Below, piece after piece: positions 8,563 to 19,108 of a stretch of DNA of 64,000 nt (positions within the stretch are counted from its first letter, which is position 1; each line of letters begins with the position of its first letter). The DNA lies in the IMG/VR virus record IMGVR_UViG_3300031993_000015; one strand, written 5' to 3'. This DNA is from a virus (Duplodnaviria > Caudoviricetes). The notes beneath the pieces were generated by a model. The model was given only the letters and a program-made list of their open reading frames with translations, made no database searches and was not told where the DNA came from. Made by a program: the position numbers and the translations under genes.

Positions 8563-10410
8563 ATGCGGACTACGCTTGGCAGAGAACTGATCCGGTCGAA
8601 ATTACCGGAGAAATTCAAAGGTTGGGCTGACAAGGTTCTTGACAAGAAGAACCTCACAGAGCTCATGACACAGATGGCCCTGGATGACCCTGACGGATAC
8701 GTCGATGTTCTCCAGGACCTGAACAATCTGGGTCAGACCGTCGTGTCCCTGTATGGCAGGAACACGGCTCTTCCTTTCGAGGACATCAAGATTTCGAAGG
8801 GTGTCAAGAGCCTGAACAGACAGCTGCATGAAGTCATTGACAAGGTTCTCAATGACGACCATCTGACCGAGAAGCAGAAGGAAGCCAAGATCACCGACCT
8901 CTGCTACAAGTACACCAAGAAGGTCGAGGACGCTGTCTTTGCAGACAATGACCGGCGCTCCACAGCGTTCGCTTCCCAGATCAATTCAGGTTCCCGTGGC
9001 AATAAGACTCAGCTGATGCAGATGCAGTTCGGCAACATGGGCATGAAAGATGCCCTGAACCGTGACATGCCCTATATGATGATCGACCCCTACGCAATCG
9101 GCGCATCACCGATGGGCTACTGGGTGTCTGCTTCATCTGGCCGCAAAGGTTACTACGACGTCCAGATGGCGACCGGCCAGTCCGGTTATCTGGGCAAGCG
9201 TGTGACTGCCGCAACACATGACACAGTCATCAGCGAAGATGACTGCGGTACCACTGACACTGGTATTCCGTTCCCTGCGAACAGCGAGAAGAACATCGGT
9301 GCAGTCCTGCTCCGTCCTTGGCATAAGTATCCGGCCGGCACAATCGTGACCGGCAAGATGGTTGGCGAGGCTGACGAAGGCGAGGAGATGGTTCTCCGCA
9401 GCCCGATCACATGTAAGAGCAGACATGGTATCTGTGCCAAGTGCAGCGGTCTTGGTGAGAATGGTAAGTTCCCCGGCATTGGTGAGTTCGTTCCTATGAA
9501 CGCAGCTCGTTCCTTTGTAGAAGTTATGACACAAAGTTCGGTCGGCAGCAAACATAAAGGGGGTGTCGGCGGCCGCAAAGTCGTTGATCCTGAAGGAGAA
9601 GACCAGCCCACCGGGTTCCGCGCTGCAGAGCGCATGTTCACTGTTCCGAAGAACTTCCCTGGGGGCGCTGTTCTGACACCTGTTGATGGCACCGTTACGA
9701 ACATCCAGGCAGCTCCGCAGGGTGGCAGCTACATCACTGTTGGTGGTTCCACGGTTTATTCTTCACCGGCCCGCACAATCAAGGTCAAGGTCGGTGACAA
9801 AGTGTATGCCGGCGACGTGCTGACCAATGGCGTACCGAATCCTGCTGACATTGTCGGCTACAAGGGTCTCGGTGAAGGCCGCCGGTATTTCACCAACAAA
9901 CTGAACACGGTTCTTAAGGATCTCGGCTGGGGTACGGACAGACGCAACATCGAGTCGTTCTCCAGAGCGTTCCTGAATAAGGTCGAAATTACAGACCCGG
10001 ATGGGTTCGGCAACTACCTACCAGGCGACATCGTTGACTACAGTGCGGTGGCTGCAGATTGGGAGCCTCGCGAGAACTCCATCACAACCAAGGCTGACAA
10101 GGCGCTGAACATGTACCTTGAAAAGCCTGTATTGTACTACAGCGTTGGAACTCGGATTACGCCCGAAGTGGCGAGCACGCTGAAGAAGTACAAATTCGAC
10201 GACGTGACGGTCTCCGATAAGGAGCCGCCATTCTCGGCGAAGTTCCTGCGTCCTACCGAGGCGCTGCAGCACAGCCAGTACTGGTTGCCCCGTATGGCGG
10301 GCGAACGGCTGCGCGACAGCCTTTTCGACGCAGCACGTCAGGGAATCACTGATCCCTATGACTCACCAAGTTATGTAGACAAAATAGTGGCACAGCCATT
10401 CAAACCATAA
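8563..10410 (+). CDS. rpoC: DNA-directed RNA polymerase beta' subunit, C-terminal half
   Basis: SGSRGN; bridge helix GRKGYYDVQMATGQSGYLGKRV; DDCGT; Zn site LRSPITC…GICAKCSG; trigger loop EVMTQSSVGSKHKGG. ATG 8563 preferred because SD TAAGGA is at 8551. Confidence 0.93.
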   Translation: MRTTLGRELIRSKLPEKFKGWADKVLDKKNLTELMTQMALDDPDGYVDVLQDLNNLGQTVVSLYGRNTALPFEDIKISKGVKSLNRQLHEVIDKVLNDDHLTEKQKEAKITDLCYKYTKKVEDAVFADNDRRSTAFASQINSGSRGNKTQLMQMQFGNMGMKDALNRDMPYMMIDPYAIGASPMGYWVSASSGRKGYYDVQMATGQSGYLGKRVTAATHDTVISEDDCGTTDTGIPFPANSEKNIGAVLLRPWHKYPAGTIVTGKMVGEADEGEEMVLRSPITCKSRHGICAKCSGLGENGKFPGIGEFVPMNAARSFVEVMTQSSVGSKHKGGVGGRKVVDPEGEDQPTGFRAAERMFTVPKNFPGGAVLTPVDGTVTNIQAAPQGGSYITVGGSTVYSSPARTIKVKVGDKVYAGDVLTNGVPNPADIVGYKGLGEGRRYFTNKLNTVLKDLGWGTDRRNIESFSRAFLNKVEITDPDGFGNYLPGDIVDYSAVAADWEPRENSITTKADKALNMYLEKPVLYYSVGTRITPEVASTLKKYKFDDVTVSDKEPPFSAKFLRPTEALQHSQYWLPRMAGERLRDSLFDAARQGITDPYDSPSYVDKIVAQPFKP

Positions 10411-10420
10411 GAGGTACAGC

Positions 10421-12613
10421 ATGAAGAGTTTGATCGTTCGCAACGGTCTGATGACCAAGAACGCCGGAGACGAGGGTCCTTCCTTCGAGCAGCAGTTCGG
10501 CATTCTCACCAATTCCATGATTGCCGAGAAGCTGCCGAGCATGGACAACATGAAGCTCGCTTTCCAGCTCATCGAGAAGTCCGACGACGATACCAAGGCG
10601 TGTGGCGCTGCTGTGTATATGATCGGCAACTCTGTCGTGTTCGTGCCGTCCTTCTTCAAGGCAAACAAGATCCAGACCGGTGACATGATGTTCGTCGCCC
10701 AGACGCAGCAGTTCCTGCCTCTGTCCGACGCATGGGTTGCGTGGCTGCGCGACAAAGACCTCTCGGATCCCGGACAGCTCGTACCTCGCGACTCCGTGGA
10801 TGATAACAGTTCTGCGAAGGCTACCACGATTCGTTCCATCGCTGACCCGATCACCAAGACGGCGGCTATGGAGCTGCCAGAAGTGAAGATGGCTCCTATC
10901 TTCCTGCGCGGTCTGCTGTACCTCGATCCTGACATGCAGAAGACGGCCTCCGACTGCGGCAGTGTTCTGAATGTTGCTCTGCACATGGGAAAGGGCGTGG
11001 CCGAGTCCATGCTGGACAATCTCATCAAGAACGCCAACTTCATGAACTCCACGCTGACGTTCTACAGCACGGACGCTGTGAACAACTTTGCCAAGGAAGC
11101 GGCTGCCATCGAAGAGCGTGAGAACACGCCGACTGTGGAACTCATCCTGCCTTTGACCAAGGAAGCCAAGACGCTCAACGCCCAGGAACTGAAGGCGCTC
11201 CATAAGGACGGCTTCTTCATCCGCAAGGTTGCCAACGTTTCTCTCGGCAAGGCTCCTGATGTGGTCCGTCAGAAGAACGTTGAAGGCATGTTCCGTACCC
11301 TGAACGCTCCCGGCAAGGCCGGACTCCTGACTATGAACGGCAACGTGACCAAGCACAAAGTCTTGGCGCTTGTCGATACCAGAGACGGCTACGATTGCTG
11401 CTGTGGCTGGGAACGTGGCGGGCATTGGGAAGCGCCGGCCGAGAACTACAAGCGGCCGCGCCAGATGATCGTCATCACCGATGGCGAGTACACGGAACTT
11501 CCGCATGATGTCATGCATAATGCCCAGGACTTCGAAGAATGGAAGCCTGAAATGGCGGAAGGAATCGGCAAGGTCATCACCAATGGCAATTTCAAGAATG
11601 TCGAGTGGCATGACATCGTTCTGGTTCCAAGTTCCGGCTGTGCATACAAGATTCCGGATCGCTGCTGCCACGAATCCAGCATCTACAGTGTTGCTGCTGA
11701 AGACTCCGGCCTGAAGGCCCCGATCATCAGCGAGGCATCTGTCGTCGTTCCGTTCGGCAGCCGCCTTATCAAGCAGAAAGGCTACAGCGAGTTCAACCAC
11801 CCGGTCTCTGTAGATGAGGTCGCCAAGAAGGAAGAAAAGAAGAGTCCGGATTCCACGACCCAGTCTCCGTATGTGACAATGGTCACGTTCGAGGTGTTCA
11901 TGGGCGAGTACCTCAAGAAGAACTACCGCAAGGCGCGTGTCTACAACAACGGTTCCGACTACGTGATCTCCGGCGACGGTGCTTCCAGTGAGCCTGTTTC
12001 CCTGAAAGAAGCCGCGCTGCACCTGGTGAAGGAATACGACATTGAGCCGGCGGTTGCCAAGATCATGCTCAAGGAAGCCAGCAACGGCGCGACTTACATG
12101 AGCCCAAAGAGCCAGACCTACTTCATCGAGAAGAAGGCCGAGGCGTTCGAGGGCGAATACAGCAACCCGGATGCCGACATCGCTTCCAACACATTCCTCA
12201 ATCAGCCTCCGCAGCTTCGACAGATGGAGATGCCGACGATCCTGGAGGATCCGGCCAATCTGGAGAAGGCTGTCGAAACGGCCGCCCAAAACGGCATCAA
12301 GGAAGTGTTCGACATCACGGCGCTCAAGATTCTTGCTCGCCAGAACCATTTCTTCGACGAGATCCACGACGATATCCCAGGCTTCATGAAGACCATCGAC
12401 AGCCTGTGCCGCAAGCTGTTCCAGTTCTACTGGCACACTGACAAGATGGAAGAGAAGTATGGTACAGTGAAAATGAAATCACTCGAAGACAGTCTCAAGT
12501 GCACACTTGACAGTCTGTCCGATCTGACCATCTTCTTCAAGCTCCGTACCGTGGACGGCACGCAGTCCACCGGTGACGTCACAGGCGAACTGATGACTGG
12601 TCAGATGCTCTAA
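10421..12613 (+). CDS. large hypothetical head-module protein with several K-x-A motifs
   Basis: 730 aa ORF, SD GAGG, strong codon bias; motifs TKNAG, TKTAA, QKTAS, AKEAA, EKKAE. Confidence 0.85.
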   Translation: MKSLIVRNGLMTKNAGDEGPSFEQQFGILTNSMIAEKLPSMDNMKLAFQLIEKSDDDTKACGAAVYMIGNSVVFVPSFFKANKIQTGDMMFVAQTQQFLPLSDAWVAWLRDKDLSDPGQLVPRDSVDDNSSAKATTIRSIADPITKTAAMELPEVKMAPIFLRGLLYLDPDMQKTASDCGSVLNVALHMGKGVAESMLDNLIKNANFMNSTLTFYSTDAVNNFAKEAAAIEERENTPTVELILPLTKEAKTLNAQELKALHKDGFFIRKVANVSLGKAPDVVRQKNVEGMFRTLNAPGKAGLLTMNGNVTKHKVLALVDTRDGYDCCCGWERGGHWEAPAENYKRPRQMIVITDGEYTELPHDVMHNAQDFEEWKPEMAEGIGKVITNGNFKNVEWHDIVLVPSSGCAYKIPDRCCHESSIYSVAAEDSGLKAPIISEASVVVPFGSRLIKQKGYSEFNHPVSVDEVAKKEEKKSPDSTTQSPYVTMVTFEVFMGEYLKKNYRKARVYNNGSDYVISGDGASSEPVSLKEAALHLVKEYDIEPAVAKIMLKEASNGATYMSPKSQTYFIEKKAEAFEGEYSNPDADIASNTFLNQPPQLRQMEMPTILEDPANLEKAVETAAQNGIKEVFDITALKILARQNHFFDEIHDDIPGFMKTIDSLCRKLFQFYWHTDKMEEKYGTVKMKSLEDSLKCTLDSLSDLTIFFKLRTVDGTQSTGDVTGELMTGQML

Positions 12614-12625
12614 CCAGGAGTTTGT

Positions 12626-13534
12626 ATGAGCCAGGAATCCGACGTCGAGATTCTGGAAGGGCCGGTCGTTCCGGCAGAAAAGACTCCCTCCAACACAAGG
12701 GAGTTTTTTCTTAGACCTCCGGATTGGCGGTACCAGGCAGCCGTGAAATATCTGAACGACGAGCTGCATGGTATCACGCCAACTATCCCGACGGACATTC
12801 ATGTCCAGTACGCCGTGCGGGTGTTGCGGGCTTTCAATCAGCCTGCTACACGTATCTATATGGATGTGCTCTGCCCGGATGCCGTTGAGACAATCACGCT
12901 GGGTGTCATCATGAAGCACTCGGCGATTACGGCAGACATCGAGAGCTGTATCATCAGCGGCAGTACAACGGAAGAGCTGGAACTGGACGGGTTCTACATC
13001 AGGCCGGTCGTGTTCGACCTGTACGCCAAACTGTTCTGCGACCTGTCGGGGATCACGGCTGTTCATGCCTGGATCCACGACTTTCTTTTAGAGCCCGAAC
13101 GCCATAGCGAGAACACGACGCTCCTGAAAGCACGGCTGATGGCGTACTACGGTGGCAAGAACATGGGCGGTACGGCTGCTGTAACAGGGTTCATAGACAG
13201 CGAGACCCAGCAGCTCATGAAACAGATCACGGCGACGGAACAGCAGAAGCGCATTTTTGAGTACGTCGTGAGGGCTACCGACATGAGAGCCGAGGACTAT
13301 GTCGCGGTCATGGAAGGAGCCGTTAAAAGTATGACGGAAAAAGACTTTCAGGAGAAGATGCGCGACCGCGAGGAGGCTGGATCCAGTTCACTTGAGGAAC
13401 TTGCCGGCCATCTTGAGGAGGGCATCAGAGCATATAGCCAGAAAGAACTGGAGGCGGTCAACGCTTCCGGTCTTGACTTTGTCAACCAATATACTCCCGT
13501 AATCATCCGAAAGGAACAGGACGATGGAAAATAA
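12626..13534 (+). CDS. hypothetical protein
   Basis: 302 aa ORF with SD AGGAG, tightly packed in the operon. Confidence 0.8.
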   Translation: MSQESDVEILEGPVVPAEKTPSNTREFFLRPPDWRYQAAVKYLNDELHGITPTIPTDIHVQYAVRVLRAFNQPATRIYMDVLCPDAVETITLGVIMKHSAITADIESCIISGSTTEELELDGFYIRPVVFDLYAKLFCDLSGITAVHAWIHDFLLEPERHSENTTLLKARLMAYYGGKNMGGTAAVTGFIDSETQQLMKQITATEQQKRIFEYVVRATDMRAEDYVAVMEGAVKSMTEKDFQEKMRDREEAGSSSLEELAGHLEEGIRAYSQKELEAVNASGLDFVNQYTPVIIRKEQDDGK

Positions 13535-15296
13535 GATATCTTCTTCCGATGAGCGCAAGCTGACGAACGCCATCGAAAGCGCTGCCATTCTGGCAAGCAA
13601 TGACGCATCCCGTGACAGGAACCAGCTCCTTGCGGATGAACTCAAGAAAGAGGGCGTGGATTCCCGTTTCGCAAAAGTGGCGTCCTGTGCTTTCAACAAG
13701 CGCGTCACTGTGCTGACCTTCAAGAAAACAGCCGACGAACATAAAGCAGATCCTTTCGAGCTGACGGATGGTGACAAAGTCCTGGAACTGATGACCGGTG
13801 AATCGCTGGAAAAGGCTGCGGCACTCACAGCGGCCGATTTCGAGATCACCGTTACCGGCGCTCCTATGCAGAAGGCGGCATCCGCCGAGGCTCCTGCCCG
13901 TGCCTGCTTTGAGGACACTGTGGACTACGACCGGCTGGTCAAGCACGTCGAGAATGTCATGACCAAGAACGCGGCCGCCATCTACGAGGTTCTTCAGAAG
14001 CAGCGCGATGTCGAATCCGTCGCCGAGTCTCTGAAGCAGGAACTGGCCGATCACTTTATCAAGGATGCCAGTGCTTCCTATGCGTTCTCCAGTCTGATCA
14101 ATCACTACGGCGACCGCTTCCAGAATGCCATCCAGGACAAGCTGCCTGAGCATACGGATTGGACAAAGACTGCGGCAGACGCAATTCTGTTCAATGATCC
14201 GGTCTTTGACAAGGCTGCCAAGATGATCGAGATGCACGAAGCCAATGAGAACCTGAAGGCGGTGCTCGACAAGTATGGCGAAGGTCTCACGGAGTTCTGC
14301 AAGTCGGCAGCCATGCTTGGAGATTTCATCCAGAAGGCAGAGTCCGGTTTCGTCAAGACAGCGGCACCCGGTATCGGTGACATCGTCATTGAAGGTGCAA
14401 AGGAACTTGCTCCGCTTCCACATGCTGCTGCCAGTTCCGCACTGGGTGCTGCAGATAATCTTATCAGCGGTGTTGGTAACACGGCTGGCAACGCTTTCTC
14501 CAATGCGTACGCTCTGTACCAGGCTGGTAACGCGGCACACATGGCTCCGAATGAAATTCTTGATGCGGACTTCCTTACGAAGGATCGCTACAGAGACCGT
14601 CTCCTGGGCTGGTCCGACATGACAGCAGATCCCCAGTTTGCCATGTATCCTGCAGAGCAGGTGTTCCTCGCCACACAGAAGGCGATGGACATGGACACCA
14701 CGCTGGAACGTCCGGACAAGCGCGAAGTGCTTCGCTCTTATGTGGCACAGCTCCTGGCGCAGAACAATCGTATGTCCACGGCTGATATTGCGGCTCTTGC
14801 CCAGACTCTCCGTGGTCTGTCCTCTGCCGATGAACACGGTGCCCAGCAGCTTGCAGTCAAGTCTGTCAAGGGCATGGATGAGACCCGCGCTCCTGAGATG
14901 CCGAATCTCAAGCCGGTCATCGAAGGCAAGCGCGATATCAAGGGTGAGGAACGTGCGAATGCTGCCTATGATGCAATCGGCGGCATGCGTGAAGAGTTCG
15001 AGAAGAACGTGGACAAGGCCAAAGAGTCTGAATCCAAGCAGCGTGACAACGTGCAGAAAGCACAGGAATCCGCTCAGCGTGCAGAGTCCGACAAGGCGAA
15101 GAACCGTATCGCGGCACAGAACGCCCGCAACAAATTCCTCACTGATGTCGCCGGCCTCCAGATCGGTGGTTACAACAGAGCCACAGGTCAGATCACATAC
15201 AGGACATCTGCTGGTGCTCGTATTGGACAGGACGTTGTTGACAACATCCTTTCCAATGCCGAAAAGGCCGGCCTCGTTCCTGCACTTCAGGCGTAA
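13524..15296 (+). CDS. hypothetical head-module protein with multiple K-x-A motifs
   Basis: 590 aa; AKVAS, KKTAD, EKAAA, QKAAS, TKTAA, CKSAA, VKTAA. Confidence 0.85.
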   Translation: MENKISSSDERKLTNAIESAAILASNDASRDRNQLLADELKKEGVDSRFAKVASCAFNKRVTVLTFKKTADEHKADPFELTDGDKVLELMTGESLEKAAALTAADFEITVTGAPMQKAASAEAPARACFEDTVDYDRLVKHVENVMTKNAAAIYEVLQKQRDVESVAESLKQELADHFIKDASASYAFSSLINHYGDRFQNAIQDKLPEHTDWTKTAADAILFNDPVFDKAAKMIEMHEANENLKAVLDKYGEGLTEFCKSAAMLGDFIQKAESGFVKTAAPGIGDIVIEGAKELAPLPHAAASSALGAADNLISGVGNTAGNAFSNAYALYQAGNAAHMAPNEILDADFLTKDRYRDRLLGWSDMTADPQFAMYPAEQVFLATQKAMDMDTTLERPDKREVLRSYVAQLLAQNNRMSTADIAALAQTLRGLSSADEHGAQQLAVKSVKGMDETRAPEMPNLKPVIEGKRDIKGEERANAAYDAIGGMREEFEKNVDKAKESESKQRDNVQKAQESAQRAESDKAKNRIAAQNARNKFLTDVAGLQIGGYNRATGQITYRTSAGARIGQDVVDNILSNAEKAGLVPALQA

Positions 15297-15308
15297 GGAG
15301 TCTGCCCT

Positions 15309-16766
15309 ATGATGAAGAAAAGTTTCCTCCCTGAGTCCTTCAACTTCGATGTCCAGCCGGTAGAGATCATCGGCCTGGGCTCCAAAGGGCTTGACAAGAC
15401 GGCGATGGTGAAACGCGCCAGCGCGTTCGATGATGTCATCGACAAACTGGAGAAGAAAGCCAACCGCACGTATCTGCATGTCATCACGACCGGTGCATAT
15501 GAGCAGTACGGCCCGAACATGAACGGTGATGGCTGGAACGGTGAGTCCTTTGAACTCAAGTTCCCGCACCCGGAGAACATGTCGAAGAAAGCGATGGTTC
15601 TCGACGGCGGCCTGTCCAAGTATCACGATGATACATACATGAAGGACGGCGCTGTGTACCAGGAGCACCAGACTAAGACTGCCGGCGTGGATCCGTCCGG
15701 CGAAGTGGTCGCTGCCAGGTACAATCCGATGATGAAACGCGGCGAACTCATTATTGCCGTGGATACTGAGAAATGGGCGCCCAGGCTCCAGAAGAAAGCC
15801 AAGGGCGAGAACATCTATCTCAGCATCGGCGCATCTGTTCCTCACGACATTTGTACCATTTGCGGACGCCAGGCCAAGACAGCCAGTGAGCACTGCAGTC
15901 ACTTCAAGATGCACCGTGGCGAAGTCTATGACTGCGGCGTTCGCTCCTGCGTGATGAACGACCGGCCGGATTTCTATGACATCTCTGGTGTGAATGTGCC
16001 GGCCGACAAGATCGCGTTCGTTCTACAGGAAGTCGGTCACGGCGATAAGCTGACCAAGACCAGCTCCTTGCACGACATCATGCAGCAAGCGACACAGACA
16101 GTCGGTGTCCGTCCTCCGATGGTGCTCACGAAGGCTGCCATGATCCTGGGCAAGCTGGCCCGCATGGAGAAGCAGATCGAGGGTATCGTCGAGGGCGACA
16201 AGAAGCCTGATAAGGACGCTTTTGAACACGAAGATGACGCAGAGAAAGATTTTGAACTTGAAGTTCAAAATTATCCTGCCGATGAGGTGATCGACGGTGC
16301 GAACCGCAAGGGCATCCTGCTGACTCCAGGCATGCTGTTCCGTTTGCTTGGCAAGGAATGCTCTGATCCGGATAACGCGCTGAAGGACTGTGACGACGAA
16401 TCCTGTGGCGATCTGTCATGCATGATGCGTGAGCTGGAGGATGATGAGGATGTCAATGATGAGCTGCTGGACGGTTCTTTCGACCAGCATCCGCCTGTGG
16501 ATCTGAACCTCGACAGCATTCTGGAGAAGTTCGTTCCGATGTTCGGGATGACGGACCCCGCTGTCAATACACGGGTTATCCACATCACAATCGTCGGCGC
16601 TCCGAAACACGGTACTGTAGACAAGAAGGCGTCTCTGAATAAGTTCGCACAGGAAGCCCTGCGCAGGACCTATGCCAGATACCTCATCAGTTTTGCTGCT
16701 CAGAACAACGACAGCACCTGCATGAACGCCCTCATGAAAATAGCTGGAATCGGGAAACGCGGCTGA
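15309..16766 (+). CDS. prohead (capsid maturation) protease, HK97/assemblin-like, with Zn-finger insertion
   Basis: GPNMNGD, VYQEH (putative catalytic His), GEVVAARY, ELIIAVD, YLSIGA (putative catalytic Ser) then CTICG…C..H; directly upstream of scaffold and capsid genes. Confidence 0.75.
   Translation: MMKKSFLPESFNFDVQPVEIIGLGSKGLDKTAMVKRASAFDDVIDKLEKKANRTYLHVITTGAYEQYGPNMNGDGWNGESFELKFPHPENMSKKAMVLDGGLSKYHDDTYMKDGAVYQEHQTKTAGVDPSGEVVAARYNPMMKRGELIIAVDTEKWAPRLQKKAKGENIYLSIGASVPHDICTICGRQAKTASEHCSHFKMHRGEVYDCGVRSCVMNDRPDFYDISGVNVPADKIAFVLQEVGHGDKLTKTSSLHDIMQQATQTVGVRPPMVLTKAAMILGKLARMEKQIEGIVEGDKKPDKDAFEHEDDAEKDFELEVQNYPADEVIDGANRKGILLTPGMLFRLLGKECSDPDNALKDCDDESCGDLSCMMRELEDDEDVNDELLDGSFDQHPPVDLNLDSILEKFVPMFGMTDPAVNTRVIHITIVGAPKHGTVDKKASLNKFAQEALRRTYARYLISFAAQNNDSTCMNALMKIAGIGKRG
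16249..16271. repeat. 23-bp palindromic motif, copy 2 (ATTTTGAACTT-G-AAGTTCAAAAT), inside the protease CDS
   Basis: Perfect 11-bp arms; AT-rich island within a GC-biased gene. Confidence 0.85.
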
Positions 16767-16831
16767 TTACTTGCCGTGTTTTCATTTGATAGAACACCAA
16801 ACCCTGGATTACAACATAAAGGAATCCACTT

Positions 16832-17977
16832 ATGAGCAATCAACTCCAGACCAAGGCGAACCGCGTTGCCGAACTGCTCGCGCAGTACGGTCTCAACAAG
16901 GAAGCCAAACAGACTATCACGCACACCAATCTCCTGGCTCAGAACAATCTCGGTCGCGAGATGACCAATGAGATCCACGAGAACGAAGAAGGCGTCCAGG
17001 CCGATACCGAAGCGGCGGAGAACAAACCCACCGCCAAGATCGACGCCATCCCGAACGCCCAGAACCTGAACACCTCTGCGGAGCAGGCCCTCGCCAACAC
17101 CGGCAGCACAGTCGAGACCCAGGAATCCGACGGCTCCAGCGCCGAAATGCCTGCTGAACAGGCCAAGAGCGCTGCGGCCTTTGCCCAGGTCCTCAAGCAG
17201 ATTCAGGACAAGAAGGCTGCTGCGAAGAAGGAAGAAGATTCCTTCATCACAGCTACTGAAGTGTTCGCCAAGTGGGCGTCTCTCGGACCGCGCTCCACGC
17301 AGGCTGACATCGACGCCGCGACTGCTTCTCTCCAGAAGCTCGCCTCTGTCAACCCGGCCTTCACCGCGACTCGTGACAACATCATCGCCATGAAGAAGTA
17401 CGCGGAAGCGGAAGAACTCGCCGAAGCTGCTGACATCGCTCCCGAAGACGCCGCTGCGGCTCTCGACGCCGCTGTCGAAGCGAATCCGGAAATGGATGCC
17501 GAGATCCTCGACGAAGCCAACGGCGAAGCGGTTGCCGATCTGGCGGATGCTGAACAGGAAGTCGGCGAACTTACCGACGGCGCCCAGATGCTCGCTGACG
17601 GCGCTTCCCAGATCCTCGACGCCGATGTCACTCCCGACGACATCGCCGACGCTCTCGATACCGTCACCGAAATGGCTGACGAAATGGGCGTCGATCCCAT
17701 CGAACTCATCCAGGCTGCTGCTGAAGAAATCCAGCAGGGCGAAGAGCCCACTGAAGAAGACATGGCGAACGCCGAAGAACTCGTTGCGTTTGCTGAAGAG
17801 CAGGGCATGACCCCGGATGAACTCATTCAGGAAATCGCAGCTTCCATCGAAGCTGATGAAATGGGCGGAGAAGAGCCCGAAGCCACGGAAGAACCGATTG
17901 AGAAGGCAGCTTCGCTGCAGAAACAGTCGCACAGTCCCCGTGTGGCCTACGTGCTCGAACAGCTCAAGAACGCTTGA
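16832..17977 (+). CDS. acidic Ala/Glu-rich protein, probable capsid scaffold or internal core protein
   Basis: 381 aa, very acidic and helical, high-expression codon bias, lies between protease and capsid. Confidence 0.65.
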   Translation: MSNQLQTKANRVAELLAQYGLNKEAKQTITHTNLLAQNNLGREMTNEIHENEEGVQADTEAAENKPTAKIDAIPNAQNLNTSAEQALANTGSTVETQESDGSSAEMPAEQAKSAAAFAQVLKQIQDKKAAAKKEEDSFITATEVFAKWASLGPRSTQADIDAATASLQKLASVNPAFTATRDNIIAMKKYAEAEELAEAADIAPEDAAAALDAAVEANPEMDAEILDEANGEAVADLADAEQEVGELTDGAQMLADGASQILDADVTPDDIADALDTVTEMADEMGVDPIELIQAAAEEIQQGEEPTEEDMANAEELVAFAEEQGMTPDELIQEIAASIEADEMGGEEPEATEEPIEKAASLQKQSHSPRVAYVLEQLKNA

Positions 17978-17989
17978 GGAGACCCGCAC

Positions 17990-18427
17990 ATGGCAGAACA
18001 GGCAATGGAAAAGCTCGCATCTGAGCTGATTGAGCGCCTGGCCGCCGTGGAGACTGAGAACAAATCTCTGCGCAAGGCCAACGAAGATCTTCGCGCCCTG
18101 ACGCAGCAGATGTCCACAGTCAAGCAGGCTTCCCAGGAAATCAAGCAGGTCGATGAGGACCTGCTTGACTCCACCTGCAAGAACCTCGTGAAGAGCGGCG
18201 CTCTCCGTGAGGACCAGGTGGAACAGGCGAAAGCGATCTTCAAGACAGACATGAATGCCGGCCTGACTGTCATTCAAAGTCTTCTTGACGAGCACGCTCA
18301 AGTAAAGACTGCTGCGGAACAGGCTTCCCTCGCGGGTGGCACTGTCGTCCACATCAGTCAGAACACACAGCGCAGCCCGGAAGATGAGTGCATCGACCGC
18401 ATGCGCAAAACACTCGGCCTTCATTAA
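17990..18427 (+). CDS. coiled-coil protein, probable scaffolding component
   Basis: 145 aa; heptad LAAVETENKSLRKANEDLRAL; EKLAS, VKQAS, VKTAA. Confidence 0.6.
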   Translation: MAEQAMEKLASELIERLAAVETENKSLRKANEDLRALTQQMSTVKQASQEIKQVDEDLLDSTCKNLVKSGALREDQVEQAKAIFKTDMNAGLTVIQSLLDEHAQVKTAAEQASLAGGTVVHISQNTQRSPEDECIDRMRKTLGLH

Positions 18428-18448
18428 ACCTACATAGGAGTTACAACA

Positions 18449-19090
18449 ATGGCTGGCTTCACACGCACCAACTTCGATCAGCAGATCAACCACGCTGCTG
18501 TTCTGGCGCACGGAGCACACCCGAAGTATCGCGTCGAACACGACGGCGAACTCGATGCCTCCACGCCTGAGAAGAAACTCGCGAACTCCGCTATCAAGCA
18601 GGGTTCGGTGGTTCACCTGGATTCGACCACTGGCAAGTACAACATCGGCCTCGCCGCTGCTTCCAGCATCAACTTCCCGGTGCCCTTCATCTCCCTCAAG
18701 AACGCTTTCGATCCCGATGTGACCACCGGCGTCGAAGGTGACACCCAGACCGTCCAGATCTACGGTTCCACCAACACCTTCACTTTCCCGAACCCCCGTC
18801 GCTCCACGTTCAGCGCCGTCGGCGGCAAGATCACGGCCATTCCGTGCACCGCCGGCTACGAAATCGAAACGACCGAGTTTGTCGAAGGCACCTATGCGAT
18901 CAACGACGCGCTCACCGCTGCCAGCTCCACTGACATCGGCAAGCTCAAAGTCGCGACCGCCGTGCCGTTCAAGGCGTCCGGTTCCGTGCCGATCCTCGGC
19001 TTCGTCTCCCGCGTTCCTTACACGAACGACGCTTATCTCCAGAAGCGCATCGGGTTCTGGACCAACTTCATCCCGGCTGTCGGGGCCTAA
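18449..19090 (+). CDS. probable head decoration/cement protein
   Basis: 213 aa beta-rich protein immediately before the major capsid gene, with the same extreme codon bias. Confidence 0.55.
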   Translation: MAGFTRTNFDQQINHAAVLAHGAHPKYRVEHDGELDASTPEKKLANSAIKQGSVVHLDSTTGKYNIGLAAASSINFPVPFISLKNAFDPDVTTGVEGDTQTVQIYGSTNTFTFPNPRRSTFSAVGGKITAIPCTAGYEIETTEFVEGTYAINDALTAASSTDIGKLKVATAVPFKASGSVPILGFVSRVPYTNDAYLQKRIGFWTNFIPAVGA

Positions 19091-19108
19091 TCCAAGGAGG
19101 ACTTCACT

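Noticed and set aside
2017-10410. Host chromosomal rpoBC operon
   Set aside because: No ribosomal protein or nusG neighbours, non-cellular subunit boundaries, and embedded among capsid and tail genes.
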